Part shown: positions 1-8,849 of the stretch, in pieces
Position numbering within the stretch: position 1 is the stretch's first letter
How the letters are laid out: each line of letters starts with the position of its first letter
Assembly: GCA_002498125.1 (NCBI GenBank)
Contig: DAGG01000032.1
Span: 10,373 to 74,372, forward strand
Reading direction: 5' to 3'
Length of the DNA: 64,000 nucleotides
DNA from: Candidatus Woesearchaeota archaeon UBA525
GTDB taxonomy: Archaea; Nanobdellota; Nanobdellia; Woesearchaeales; UBA525
Program-made: the position numbers and the translations under genes
Notes under the pieces: generated by a model
Told to the model about the DNA's origin: nothing
The model's database searches: none
What the model saw: the letters and a program-made list of their open reading frames with translations, nothing else

Positions 1-1623
1 AGATACGATCTTCTTGTTCGGCACACGCTTAAAGTCCTCGATGCCGACGCTCATGAGGAGGTCAATCGCCTCCGGTCGCGTGAAGCTGAGGTACTTGCTC
101 AGGATGTAGTTGCCGCTGATGGCGTCCTGGTTGCAGCCGATGACCGAGAGCCCGTAACGGGGCGAGACGATCTGCGTCTGTACCTGCATGAGGATCTCGG
201 CTTCCGCGCGAGCCTCCTCTGTCTGCGGGATGTGCAAGTTCATCTCATCACCGTCGAAGTCTGCGTTGTAAGGCTCGCAGACAGCAGGGTTGAGGCGCAA
301 GGTCAGGCCAGGTAGCACGCGCACCTTGTGGCACATCATGCTCATACGGTGGAGTGACGGCTGGCGGTTGAACAGTGCGATGTCGCCGTCAAGGAGGTGG
401 CGCTCCACGACGTAACCGGGCTGGAGCTCCTCGAGGAGCTGCTCCTTGGTCTCATCGGTGATGCGCTTGCGCTTCCCATCAGGGCGGACGACGTAGTTCG
501 CTCCAGGGTACTGCGCTGTGCCTCTCTTCACGAACGACTTGAGGTACTCAGCGTTCCACGATGTGATGCGCTCGGGGACTGTGAGCTTCATCGCCATGAC
601 CTTAGGCACGCCGACCTCGTTGATCTCAATCGCGGGGTCAGGGCTGATGACCGTACGCGCGCTGAAGTTGGTGCGCTTACCTGCCAGGTTGTGGCGGATG
701 CGTCCCTCCTTGCTCTTGATACGCGCAGTGATGGTCTTCAGCGGCTGGCCGCTCCTGTGCCTCGCGGGCGGGAGCTGCGAGACCTCGTTGTCGAAGAACG
801 TAGTCACGTGGTACTGCAAGAGGTCCCAGAGGTCCTCGATGATTATCTCCGGCGCTCCTGCGTTGATGTTCTCGAACAGGCGCTGGTTGATGCGGACGAT
901 ATCGCCGAGCTTGTGCGTGAGGTCGTCCTCGCTGCGCTCACCGGTCTCGAGCGTGATCGAAGGCCTCATCGTCACTGGCGGGATGGGCAGCACTGTGAGG
1001 ATGCCCCACTCAGGGCGCATCGCCCTGGGGTTGACGCCGAACACCGGGAGGTCATCGTCGCCGATGCGCTCCAGGCGCGTACGAATCTCAATCGGTGAGA
1101 TGCGGCGGTCGTCCTCGAGGAACGTCGTCGGCTTCTCGAGCACGATCTTCTTCTGCTTCGCTGCGCAGTGCGGGCACTTGTTAATGGTCTTGAGCTCAGC
1201 GACGATCTCTGCGATGCGGTCGCGGCGCTCCGACTGACCCTGCGTCAGCTCAATCTGGTCGAGCTCAGTAACGTACTGTGCAAGCCTGTTCTTCGGGATG
1301 AGCAAGCCACCGCACTCGCGGCACGTGCTGCGCAAGAGGTCGAGGACCAGCTTGACGAAGCGGATATGCACGACAGGGCGCGCAAGCTCGATGTAACCGA
1401 AGTGACCAGGGCACTCTTTGAGCTTCTGGCCGCAAGTCTTGCAGCGCAGTCCGGGGTCAATGACGCCCAGGCGGACGTCCATGAGGCCGCCGTCGACCGG
1501 GTATCCTTCCTTGTCGTAGAGCTCAGGCGTCACTATCTTGGCCGAGGACATCTCCTTGATGAACTTCGGGCTCATTATCTCGAAGACAATCTTGTCGACC
1601 TGCTTGTATACGGGGATTTCCAT
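1..1623 (-). CDS. rpoA1: DNA-directed RNA polymerase subunit A' (runs off the window start)
   Basis: Manual translation MEIPVYKQVDKIVF...CKTCGQKLKECPGHFG...LFNRQPSLHRMS...PYNADFDGDEMNLH contains the catalytic NADFDGD motif; GAGGTG SD upstream; follows rpoB'. Confidence 0.97.
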   Translation of the reverse strand, partial: MEIPVYKQVDKIVFEIMSPKFIKEMSSAKIVTPELYDKEGYPVDGGLMDVRLGVIDPGLRCKTCGQKLKECPGHFGYIELARPVVHIRFVKLVLDLLRSTCRECGGLLIPKNRLAQYVTELDQIELTQGQSERRDRIAEIVAELKTINKCPHCAAKQKKIVLEKPTTFLEDDRRISPIEIRTRLERIGDDDLPVFGVNPRAMRPEWGILTVLPIPPVTMRPSITLETGERSEDDLTHKLGDIVRINQRLFENINAGAPEIIIEDLWDLLQYHVTTFFDNEVSQLPPARHRSGQPLKTITARIKSKEGRIRHNLAGKRTNFSARTVISPDPAIEINEVGVPKVMAMKLTVPERITSWNAEYLKSFVKRGTAQYPGANYVVRPDGKRKRITDETKEQLLEELQPGYVVERHLLDGDIALFNRQPSLHRMSMMCHKVRVLPGLTLRLNPAVCEPYNADFDGDEMNLHIPQTEEARAEAEILMQVQTQIVSPRYGLSVIGCNQDAISGNYILSKYLSFTRPEAIDLLMSVGIEDFKRVPNKKIVS

Positions 1624-1631
1624 GAGCACCT

Positions 1632-3431
1632 CTAATACTTCCCCTTCAGCTTCAAGCGGGGGTAGACTGTCAGTGACTTGAGCTCATCGAGGAGCAGCTT
1701 GAACGCGTAGCTCATCTCGATCTGGCTCACTTCGCTGTCCTGGCAGACAGGGCAGTGCGCGATGTTGCGGCGGGCGTCATAGACAGCAACGAGTCCGCAG
1801 TTCTCGCACACAGGGATGATTGTCTTGTCCGAGTCGAACCTCTCCTTGAGGAGGAGGCTCGCGCCGTGTGCGACAAAGGTATCCTTCTCCATCTCACCAA
1901 GACGCAGACCGCCCTCCTTCGCCTTACCCTCAGTGGGCTGGCGCGTGAGCAGCTGGATTGGACCGCGTGCGCGGCTGTGGACCTTGTTCGCGACCATGTG
2001 CTTGAGGCGCAGGTAGTACATGTTGCCCACGAAAATCTGCACGTGGAACTCTTCGCCTGTCTGGCCGTTGTACATGGTCTCGGCGCCGTTCTCACGGAAG
2101 CCGTAGGTGCGCAGCTCCTCGCGCATATCGCGCTCGGGTTCGCTGTTGAACATAGTGCCGTCGATGTAGCGGCCGCCAAGAGCGCCGACCTTTCCGCCGA
2201 CGAGCTCGATGAGGTGGCTCACCGTCATACGGCTAGGCACTCCGTGTGGCGAGAAGAGCAAGTCAGGTACGATACCACTTGCCGTGAACGGCATGTCAGG
2301 CTCGGACACGATGAGCGCGATGACACCCTTCTGGCCGTGACGCGACGTGAACTTGTCGCCGATCTCCGGGATGCGGTTGTCGCGCAGGCGTACCTGCACG
2401 AGCTTGTTACCCTCCTCGTTCTCTGTGAGCATGACGAAGTCGACCACGCCGCGCTCGCCGTGCTTGAGGCTCATCGAGCTCTCACGGCGGTAGTTCGTGG
2501 CAAGGTTGTACTCGTCGGTGCCGCTGAGGAAGCGCGGCGGGCTGGTCTTGCCGATGACCACGTCGCCCTCGGCGACGCGGGACTCGACGCTGATCAGGCC
2601 ATCAGGCTCGATCAGGCGATAATCGTGCTCGCTCCTGTAGCCGCGGACATCCTTGTCGGGAATCGTGATCTCATCCATGAGACCACCGCTGTAGCGGAGC
2701 TCCTCTGCCTCAACAGGCCTGTAGTAGGTGCTGCGTGCGAGGCCACGGTCGATGCTGCCGCCGTTCACGACGATAGCGTCCTCCATGTTGTAGCCCTTGT
2801 AGCTCATGATAGCAACTGTCACGTTCATGCCGCTCGGGTGCTTATCATACTCGAGCACATCATACATGAGCGTGGTGACGACTGGCTTTTGCGCGTAGTG
2901 CAGGAGGTTGACGTCCATATCCATGCGCATGAAGTAGTTCGATGCGTAGAATCCGACAGCCTGCTTCTGGTTCTTGGAACCCTGCGTGAGACGGACTCCC
3001 TGGTTGAAGTTGCCGAAAGGCACGAGCGCTGTAGTGACACCGATGATGTCCAGACTGCTGATCTCCATGTGCGTGTGCTCAGGACTGAGGTCACCCTCTT
3101 CAAGCGCGACGAGCGCCATCTCCTCCTCTGCGGAGTCGAGGAACTCGACGAGCCCCTGCTTGAGCAGGTCTGCCCACTGGATCTGGCCTACATCGAGCTG
3201 CCTGATGTGCTCGTCGGTGAGAAGCGGCTTGCCGTTCTTCACGACGATGAGCGGGCGTACGCTGCGGCCCTTTGCCGTCTCGAGGTATATCGCGTCCACA
3301 TCCTCATCGTAGAGGATGTTCAGGTCCGCTGCGAGCTTGCCCTGGCGGCGCTCGCCGATCACGTTGCCTACGAACTCGCGCGGGTCCTTGACGGTCCCGA
3401 TGAATTTATAGTCGAGGAAGATGTCTGCCAT
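1632..3431 (-). CDS. rpoB1: RNA polymerase subunit B'
   Basis: GDKFTSRHGQKG, RLKHMV, GGLRLGEME and a C-terminal zinc finger. Confidence 0.97.
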   Translation of the reverse strand: MADIFLDYKFIGTVKDPREFVGNVIGERRQGKLAADLNILYDEDVDAIYLETAKGRSVRPLIVVKNGKPLLTDEHIRQLDVGQIQWADLLKQGLVEFLDSAEEEMALVALEEGDLSPEHTHMEISSLDIIGVTTALVPFGNFNQGVRLTQGSKNQKQAVGFYASNYFMRMDMDVNLLHYAQKPVVTTLMYDVLEYDKHPSGMNVTVAIMSYKGYNMEDAIVVNGGSIDRGLARSTYYRPVEAEELRYSGGLMDEITIPDKDVRGYRSEHDYRLIEPDGLISVESRVAEGDVVIGKTSPPRFLSGTDEYNLATNYRRESSMSLKHGERGVVDFVMLTENEEGNKLVQVRLRDNRIPEIGDKFTSRHGQKGVIALIVSEPDMPFTASGIVPDLLFSPHGVPSRMTVSHLIELVGGKVGALGGRYIDGTMFNSEPERDMREELRTYGFRENGAETMYNGQTGEEFHVQIFVGNMYYLRLKHMVANKVHSRARGPIQLLTRQPTEGKAKEGGLRLGEMEKDTFVAHGASLLLKERFDSDKTIIPVCENCGLVAVYDARRNIAHCPVCQDSEVSQIEMSYAFKLLLDELKSLTVYPRLKLKGKY

Positions 3432-3439
3432 GATTCACC

Positions 3440-4939
3440 TCATGCGCTCTTGGCGAACTGCACGCCGAGCTTCTTGAGCTCACGCATGAGCTCCTGTTCG
3501 TTGACTGGGCTGGTCGCGTGCGCGAGCATCGCGAGGTTCTTGCGCAGACCGATGTTGCTTCCTTCAGGGGTCTCTGACGGGCAGAGGCGTCCCATGTGTG
3601 TGCTGTGCAAGGAGCGCGCCTCGAAGTTCTCCTGGCTGGAGCTCAAGGGGCTCACGACACGCTGCAGGTGACTGATGGTCTGCAGGAAGTTCAGGCGCTC
3701 GATGCGCTGGCAGACTCCCGTGCGGCCGCCGACCCAGTTGCCGGTCGCCATGCTGCTGTAGATCTTCTGCGTGAGCAGCTTCTCGCGGATGATGACCTTG
3801 ATACTCGGGAACTTTCCGCGCTTGACGATACGCTGGAAGTTGTAGAGCATGTCGCCGATGAGGACCTTCACGTTCACGCGGAAGAGGTCGGCGAGGAGGT
3901 CGCCGCTCATCTTGAGACGCTTGTTCATGTAGTGGTCCTTGTCATCCTCAGGCAGGACGCCGTGCATGACCTGGATGTACCGCTTGAGGTACTTGCACAG
4001 GTTGTACGCCTTGGCCATGCGCGAGTCCTCGCTGTCGCCGATGTGCGGCAGGAGGTACTTGTCGATGATCTCGTTCATGCGCTCCAGGCGTATCTCTCGC
4101 GCCTGGCTGATGCCAATCTTCTTGCTCATGTAATCCATGGCATCTTCCGTCGTCTTGATATCGACGAAATCGTAGAGGTTGATGATGACCTCGCTGTTGT
4201 CAGGGAGATCGATGGCGCGCATGATCTCCTCGTCCTTGACCATGCCCAGTGCCTTGATGACTGGGATGATGGGTACGCGCTTGACGCGCGTGAAGGTGAG
4301 GTAGAAGAGGCCGTCTTTGAGCTTCTCGACCTCGTGCGGGATCTTGTAGCTGCCCTTCTCGCTGAAGACCTTGCCGACCCACTCGCTCACGCCGGTGCTG
4401 GCGCGCTCGACCATGAAGCGGTTGCTCGCGAGGTCCTCGATGTCGATGATGACCTTCTCCGTGCCGTTGATGATGAAGTACCCTCCCGGGTCGTCAGGGT
4501 CCTCTCCCTTGACGATGAGCTCGTCGTGCGAGAGGCCGTGGAGGTGGCAGTTCTTGCTCTTGAGCATGATGGGCATGCTGCCGATCTGCGTCTTGAACGA
4601 CTCGCGCTGCACACCGTTGATGTGCGCCGATACCTCAAGGAAGATGGGCGCTGCGTAGCTGAGCTTGCGCAGGCGCGCCTCGACCGGGTAGATCGCGCGC
4701 GTGCTGCCGTCGGCCTCGGTGATCTCGGGCTTCGTGACGTAGATCTTGTCCAGGCGTATCTTGAACTCCTCGACGTTCGTCGGGATGATGGTGGGCTCGA
4801 CTTCCTTGTTCTCGTTCACGATCTCCTGGAGCTCGTGCTCGATGAAATGGTTAAAGGAGTCAATGTCCGCGAGCACGATGCTGTTCTGCTCGAAGTACTT
4901 GCGGATGAGGATCTGCGAGTTGCGGTTCTTCTGTTTCAT
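3440..4939 (-). CDS. rpoB2: RNA polymerase subunit B''
   Basis: GGYFIINGTEKV and GRLCPSETPEGSNIGLRKNLA. Confidence 0.96.
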   Translation of the reverse strand: MKQKNRNSQILIRKYFEQNSIVLADIDSFNHFIEHELQEIVNENKEVEPTIIPTNVEEFKIRLDKIYVTKPEITEADGSTRAIYPVEARLRKLSYAAPIFLEVSAHINGVQRESFKTQIGSMPIMLKSKNCHLHGLSHDELIVKGEDPDDPGGYFIINGTEKVIIDIEDLASNRFMVERASTGVSEWVGKVFSEKGSYKIPHEVEKLKDGLFYLTFTRVKRVPIIPVIKALGMVKDEEIMRAIDLPDNSEVIINLYDFVDIKTTEDAMDYMSKKIGISQAREIRLERMNEIIDKYLLPHIGDSEDSRMAKAYNLCKYLKRYIQVMHGVLPEDDKDHYMNKRLKMSGDLLADLFRVNVKVLIGDMLYNFQRIVKRGKFPSIKVIIREKLLTQKIYSSMATGNWVGGRTGVCQRIERLNFLQTISHLQRVVSPLSSSQENFEARSLHSTHMGRLCPSETPEGSNIGLRKNLAMLAHATSPVNEQELMRELKKLGVQFAKSA

Positions 4940-4992
4940 GCGTTCCCCCTATGGTCCTTGAGTGTGATGAAAATTATAATAATGGTGTTGAA

Positions 4993-5274
4993 CTACTCCG
5001 ACGACACGATGCGGTAGAACACCGCCTCGCCGGCAGTGTCGGACTTGCGCGTGATTCTGATCACATCGCCCACTTTCACGCCGAGGTGGCGGATGGCGGG
5101 ATCGCTCGCGGTGATGCGCGGCAGCTGGTGCGGCTGCACCTTGTACTGGTCGAACACCTCTTTCTTCTCTGCTTCCGTGCAGACCTCATGCTTCGGCACG
5201 AGGACGTGATCGCTGACGACGAAGTTTGGCTTCTCCTCAGCTTCAGAACGTTTTTTCGGAGTTTTCTTGGGCAT
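4993..5274 (-). CDS. rpoH: RNA polymerase subunit H (Rpo5)
   Basis: HVLVPKHE, QLPRITASDP, GDVIRITRKSDTAG, YRIV; start set at MPKKTPKK after an AGGAGG SD. Confidence 0.95.
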   Translation of the reverse strand: MPKKTPKKRSEAEEKPNFVVSDHVLVPKHEVCTEAEKKEVFDQYKVQPHQLPRITASDPAIRHLGVKVGDVIRITRKSDTAGEAVFYRIVSSE

Positions 5275-5298
5275 GGTGGGTTTCCTCCTTGAATGGGA

Positions 5299-5402
5299 TG
5301 AGGCGGACGGGACTTCCATCCCTGTAGCGGACCGCTGCAGGGGTTTTGAACCCGCGACCACCGGATTAAAAGTCCGATGCTCTACCGCTGAGCTACCGCC
5401 CC
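5299..5402 (-). tRNA. tRNA-Lys(UUU) with a 32-nt non-canonical intron in the T-loop (position 59/60; intron 5313-5344)
   Basis: GGGGCGG/CCGCCTC acceptor stem and TCGGA-CTTTTAA-TCCGG anticodon arm; removing 5313-5344 restores GCGGG-TTCAAAT-CCCGT; BHB-like junction. Confidence 0.9.
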
Positions 5403-5422
5403 ATCTTGCCTCGATGGGCACA

Positions 5423-5495
5423 CGCCTTGGCCGGGATTCGAACCCGGGTCGAAAGCGCGACAGGCTTTCATGCTAGGCCACTACACTACCAAGGC
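5423..5495 (-). tRNA. tRNA-Asp(GUC)
   Basis: GCCTTGG/CCAAGGC acceptor, AAAGC-CTGTCGC-GCTTT anticodon arm, TTCGAAT T-loop. Confidence 0.95.
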
Positions 5496-5689
5496 TTAGG
5501 CATTCGTCGTCATGCAGCGAGCAATCAAGCGCACACAGTCTGTATGAGAATGATTCGCGGACAGCATCGAGGACGGCACCTTTAAAGGCGAGAATCGGGA
5601 ACCCTTTTTAAACGTTTCGATGGACTGCGTCCTGATGCATCAGACTGTGGTTTTCACGAGGGAACAATAGAGGAATAGGGAAAAACATC

Positions 5690-6121
5690 TCAGCGGCTAT
5701 TGGGTCGCTTCTCCGGGATTTTGATCTCGTACTGCAGGACGCGCAGCGACCCACGCACAGATGCTATAGCGCGCACGACGTCCGGAGTCTCATGCAGGCG
5801 GGCGTAGCCATCCATCTCAGTACCGAGAGCATTCGCCTCTGCAAATTTCCCTTCGAGGACGTGGAATGCGAGACGTTCATAGGTACGTGACATGACGTCC
5901 TTGCGTCCGTGGTTCAACTGGGCGTCGAGGAGATAAAGGTCCATAATGACCGTCTCGTACGCGCCCTTGTGCCTGGACGGAAGCGAGACGCCTGCATACG
6001 CCTCCTTCTGGAATGACTCGAGCTCACGCTTCTCTGCGTGCATCCGCTCCAGTACGACGATGACATCGAGCGGTACAGAGTACCCCCTGTCGTCCATAGG
6101 TGGTATGGGTTCTGCTGACAT
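5690..6121 (-). CDS. hypothetical protein
   Basis: 143-aa ORF with an AT-rich promoter-like region upstream. Confidence 0.6.
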   Translation of the reverse strand: MSAEPIPPMDDRGYSVPLDVIVVLERMHAEKRELESFQKEAYAGVSLPSRHKGAYETVIMDLYLLDAQLNHGRKDVMSRTYERLAFHVLEGKFAEANALGTEMDGYARLHETPDVVRAIASVRGSLRVLQYEIKIPEKRPNSR

Positions 6122-6350
6122 TTTCCTGATGTCCGCTTCCGTAGCTTTAGCCCCTAAGAGAACGGAATCCGGCAGTAGTTTATAATGATTTAAAAAGATT
6201 TTGCTTTAACAGGGTATAAACGATGTTAATGATGGATTAACAGGGTCGAGGCGGTAATCACGCAGTTTCTCCATCAGAGCAGTGATAATTTCTCCTAACC
6301 CGCGAGAGCCATTTATATTCCGTCAAGTCGGCATCCTCCCGGAGATATCC

Positions 6351-7817
6351 ATGCATATCCTAAGTATAGCCCCGGTATTCCTACCGCTCTCCCCCCGTCT
6401 GAAGTACGCCGGGACTGAGCGCGTCATCGCAGGCCTGAATGAACACTACAGCCAGCACCGCGGAGTGAAATCGATAGTCGCGGCGACCGGCGACTCCGAT
6501 CTCGGCGGGAAGGGCAGGCTCATCTACACCTATCCTCAAGCTCTCTGGTCACTGGGTGCGCACATCAGGAAGGTCACGAATCCCGAAGCCCTCTTCGAGA
6601 GGCAGTTCATATTCTGCATGGAGTTCATGGAGAAGAGACCTGCCGATATCATCCATGACCACGCAGGCTTTGCTGCGTCTAACACCTACAGCGAGAGCGA
6701 CCTGCGGATTCCGGTGGTCTCCACAATCCACGGCGACGTGTACAAGCCGGAGATGTACAAGTACGTGCAGTGGAAGAGGATGCAGGATGCTGGGCGGAAC
6801 GTGCACTTTGTCGCCATCAGCCGTTCGCAGAAACGCAAGTTCGAGCAGAAGATCGGATTGCGCTTTGCTGGCGTTGTGCATAACGGCGTACCAGTCGAGA
6901 GCTACCCGTTCGTGGACAGTAGCGGGAAGCACGACTACCTCTTCTGGCTCGGTAGGATATGCAACGAGAAAGGGACAGACCTCGCTATCAAGCTCGCGAA
7001 GGTGACAGGACGGCCGCTGATCATAGCGGGCGAAGTGCACACCATCAACAAGCACTTCTACGAACGCAAGGTGAGACCGCACATCACCCGCTTCCTCGAA
7101 GGCAGGTCGTTCAAGCAGCAGGAGCGCAGCCGTCAGGAGTTCATCGCGAAGCTCGAACGCGGCGAACAGGTTGTGAAGTACGGGGAGATTATCTTTATCG
7201 GACCGGTCGATGACCGGCAGAAGCAGGCGCTCTACAGCCGCGCCTACTGTCAGATTGTGCTTAACAGGTGGGAGGAACCGTTCGGTCTCATCATGCCCGA
7301 GGCGATGGCGACCGGGACGCCGGTGCTCGGCACGCGCCTCGGTTCCATCCCTGAGATAGTCAAGCACAAGGCGACTGGCTTCGTACTGCCAGCGACAAAG
7401 GACCGGCGAGGAAGACTCAAGGAAGACCTGCTCATCGGGCGCGCAGTGAAGGCGCTCGAGAAGGTACCGCAGATCAAACCACGCGATTGCCGTGCCCGCG
7501 TGGAGAAATTCTTCAGCAACAGCGCGATGGCCAAGGGATATCTTAAACTCTTCAGGAGCATCATAAAGAACGCAGGAGCCAAAGGCGCGGAATGGACCGC
7601 CTCAGGAGGAACTACGATGGCCTCGACCTCTACAGCGCAGGACTCCCCCATTACGACAGGAACTTCACCCGCGACAGCATCATCTCAGGCATCCTCATGG
7701 AGGACGACGCGCTCCTCCACGACCAGCTCATTTTCTCCGCCAAAGAGCAAGGCACAAAAGCGGACCCGTTCACTGGCGAAGAGCCGGGAAAGATCTTCCA
7801 CGAGTACCCGCCGGTAA
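6351..7817 (+). CDS. glycosyltransferase family 4 (GT-B); C-terminal tail overlaps the next gene
   Basis: YAGTERV, HNGV, LGRICNEKG, WEEPFGLIMPEAMATGTPV. Confidence 0.88.
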   Translation: MHILSIAPVFLPLSPRLKYAGTERVIAGLNEHYSQHRGVKSIVAATGDSDLGGKGRLIYTYPQALWSLGAHIRKVTNPEALFERQFIFCMEFMEKRPADIIHDHAGFAASNTYSESDLRIPVVSTIHGDVYKPEMYKYVQWKRMQDAGRNVHFVAISRSQKRKFEQKIGLRFAGVVHNGVPVESYPFVDSSGKHDYLFWLGRICNEKGTDLAIKLAKVTGRPLIIAGEVHTINKHFYERKVRPHITRFLEGRSFKQQERSRQEFIAKLERGEQVVKYGEIIFIGPVDDRQKQALYSRAYCQIVLNRWEEPFGLIMPEAMATGTPVLGTRLGSIPEIVKHKATGFVLPATKDRRGRLKEDLLIGRAVKALEKVPQIKPRDCRARVEKFFSNSAMAKGYLKLFRSIIKNAGAKGAEWTASGGTTMASTSTAQDSPITTGTSPATASSQASSWRTTRSSTTSSFSPPKSKAQKRTRSLAKSRERSSTSTRR

Positions 7818-8656
7818 TCATGAACGGGCGCTCGACGCTCTACAACGCGTGCGACACGACAGCACTCTTCATCATCGGACACGAGCATTACGCGCGGCTC
7901 TCAGGAAGCAAGCTCGCGAGGGATCAACGTCCACACATCGAAGCGGCTGTCGGGTATATCAGCACGCACCTCTTCGATGACATCTTCGTCGAGGACCCGC
8001 GCCTCTCGGGCGCCGACCATTTCGCGCTCAAGGTCACGTACTGGAAAGACTCTGAGATAGCGCAGCGCGAGGGCGGCGTGCCAGAGTATCCGGTCGCATA
8101 CTTCCTCAGCCACGTCATGAACATGGCGGCGCTTCGCAGCGCATCGATACTCCTCGATGACAACAGCCTCGAAGGGATCGCCGAGCGCATGGCTGGACAG
8201 TTGCATCGGTTCTACAACCCGCTGCATAGGAAGTACAACATCGCAATCGATGCGCGCGGCACTATCGAAGGCACGAGCTCTGATCCATTGCACGCACTCT
8301 TCTACCTCAGACAGGACGACCTCTCACCCGAGGAGCTCGCTGCAATCGTCAGCACCGCCCCGGAGCTCGAGACACCAGTTGGGTACCTGACACTCTCGCA
8401 GCGTATGCGCCGCCAGGTCCGCGATCAATACCACGCCTCGACAGTCTGGCCTTTCGAGCAGGCAATCATCAACATCGGCGCACGCAAGTTCGGTCTGCCC
8501 ACTATCGAGGAGGTGAGCCGCCGTGTCACCGAGCACCTATCAATGGATCCGGAGATATTCATCGTCGACGAAAAAGGCATACGTCCCAGCGGCTGCGATC
8601 CGCAGCTGTGGACTATCGCTGCGAAGAAGTACTTCGCGCGGGATAGAGAAGAATAG
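7592..8656 (+). CDS. amylo-alpha-1,6-glucosidase / glycogen-debranching-like (alpha/alpha)6 glycoside hydrolase
   Basis: AGLPHY..FTRDS, EEPGKIFHE, YWKDS, YHASTVWPFE, PQLWT. Confidence 0.8.
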   Translation: MDRLRRNYDGLDLYSAGLPHYDRNFTRDSIISGILMEDDALLHDQLIFSAKEQGTKADPFTGEEPGKIFHEYPPVIMNGRSTLYNACDTTALFIIGHEHYARLSGSKLARDQRPHIEAAVGYISTHLFDDIFVEDPRLSGADHFALKVTYWKDSEIAQREGGVPEYPVAYFLSHVMNMAALRSASILLDDNSLEGIAERMAGQLHRFYNPLHRKYNIAIDARGTIEGTSSDPLHALFYLRQDDLSPEELAAIVSTAPELETPVGYLTLSQRMRRQVRDQYHASTVWPFEQAIINIGARKFGLPTIEEVSRRVTEHLSMDPEIFIVDEKGIRPSGCDPQLWTIAAKKYFARDREE

Positions 8657-8682
8657 AGAATATAGAATGATAGAGGACCGGA

Positions 8683-8841
8683 TTACTCCTCTTCAGCGAA
8701 CTTCTTGATTGCCTCGTAGTTCTCCACTATCAGCTTCGCCTTGTTCTTCCCGAAGGAGAACGGGTACTTGCCCTCCTGGTCCTTTTCGCTGATCAGCTTG
8801 ATCATCTTGTGTCCCTTGAACTCATCAAATTCTACTGCCAT
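8683..8841 (-). CDS. small 52-aa protein, not in the ORF track
   Basis: MAVEFDEFKGHKMIKLISEKDQEGKYPFSFGKNKAKLIVENYEAIKKFAEEE; GGTGAT SD; host-like codon usage. Confidence 0.8.
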   Translation of the reverse strand: MAVEFDEFKGHKMIKLISEKDQEGKYPFSFGKNKAKLIVENYEAIKKFAEEE

Positions 8842-8849
8842 GGATATCA

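Noticed and set aside
397-5017. Long plus-strand ORFs (397-1098, 1755-3671, 3596-5017)
   Set aside because: Antisense shadows of the rpo genes caused by high-GC codon bias
5275-5421. N-terminal extension of the rpoH ORF
   Set aside because: It overlaps tRNA-Lys; the real start is at 5274 with an SD site
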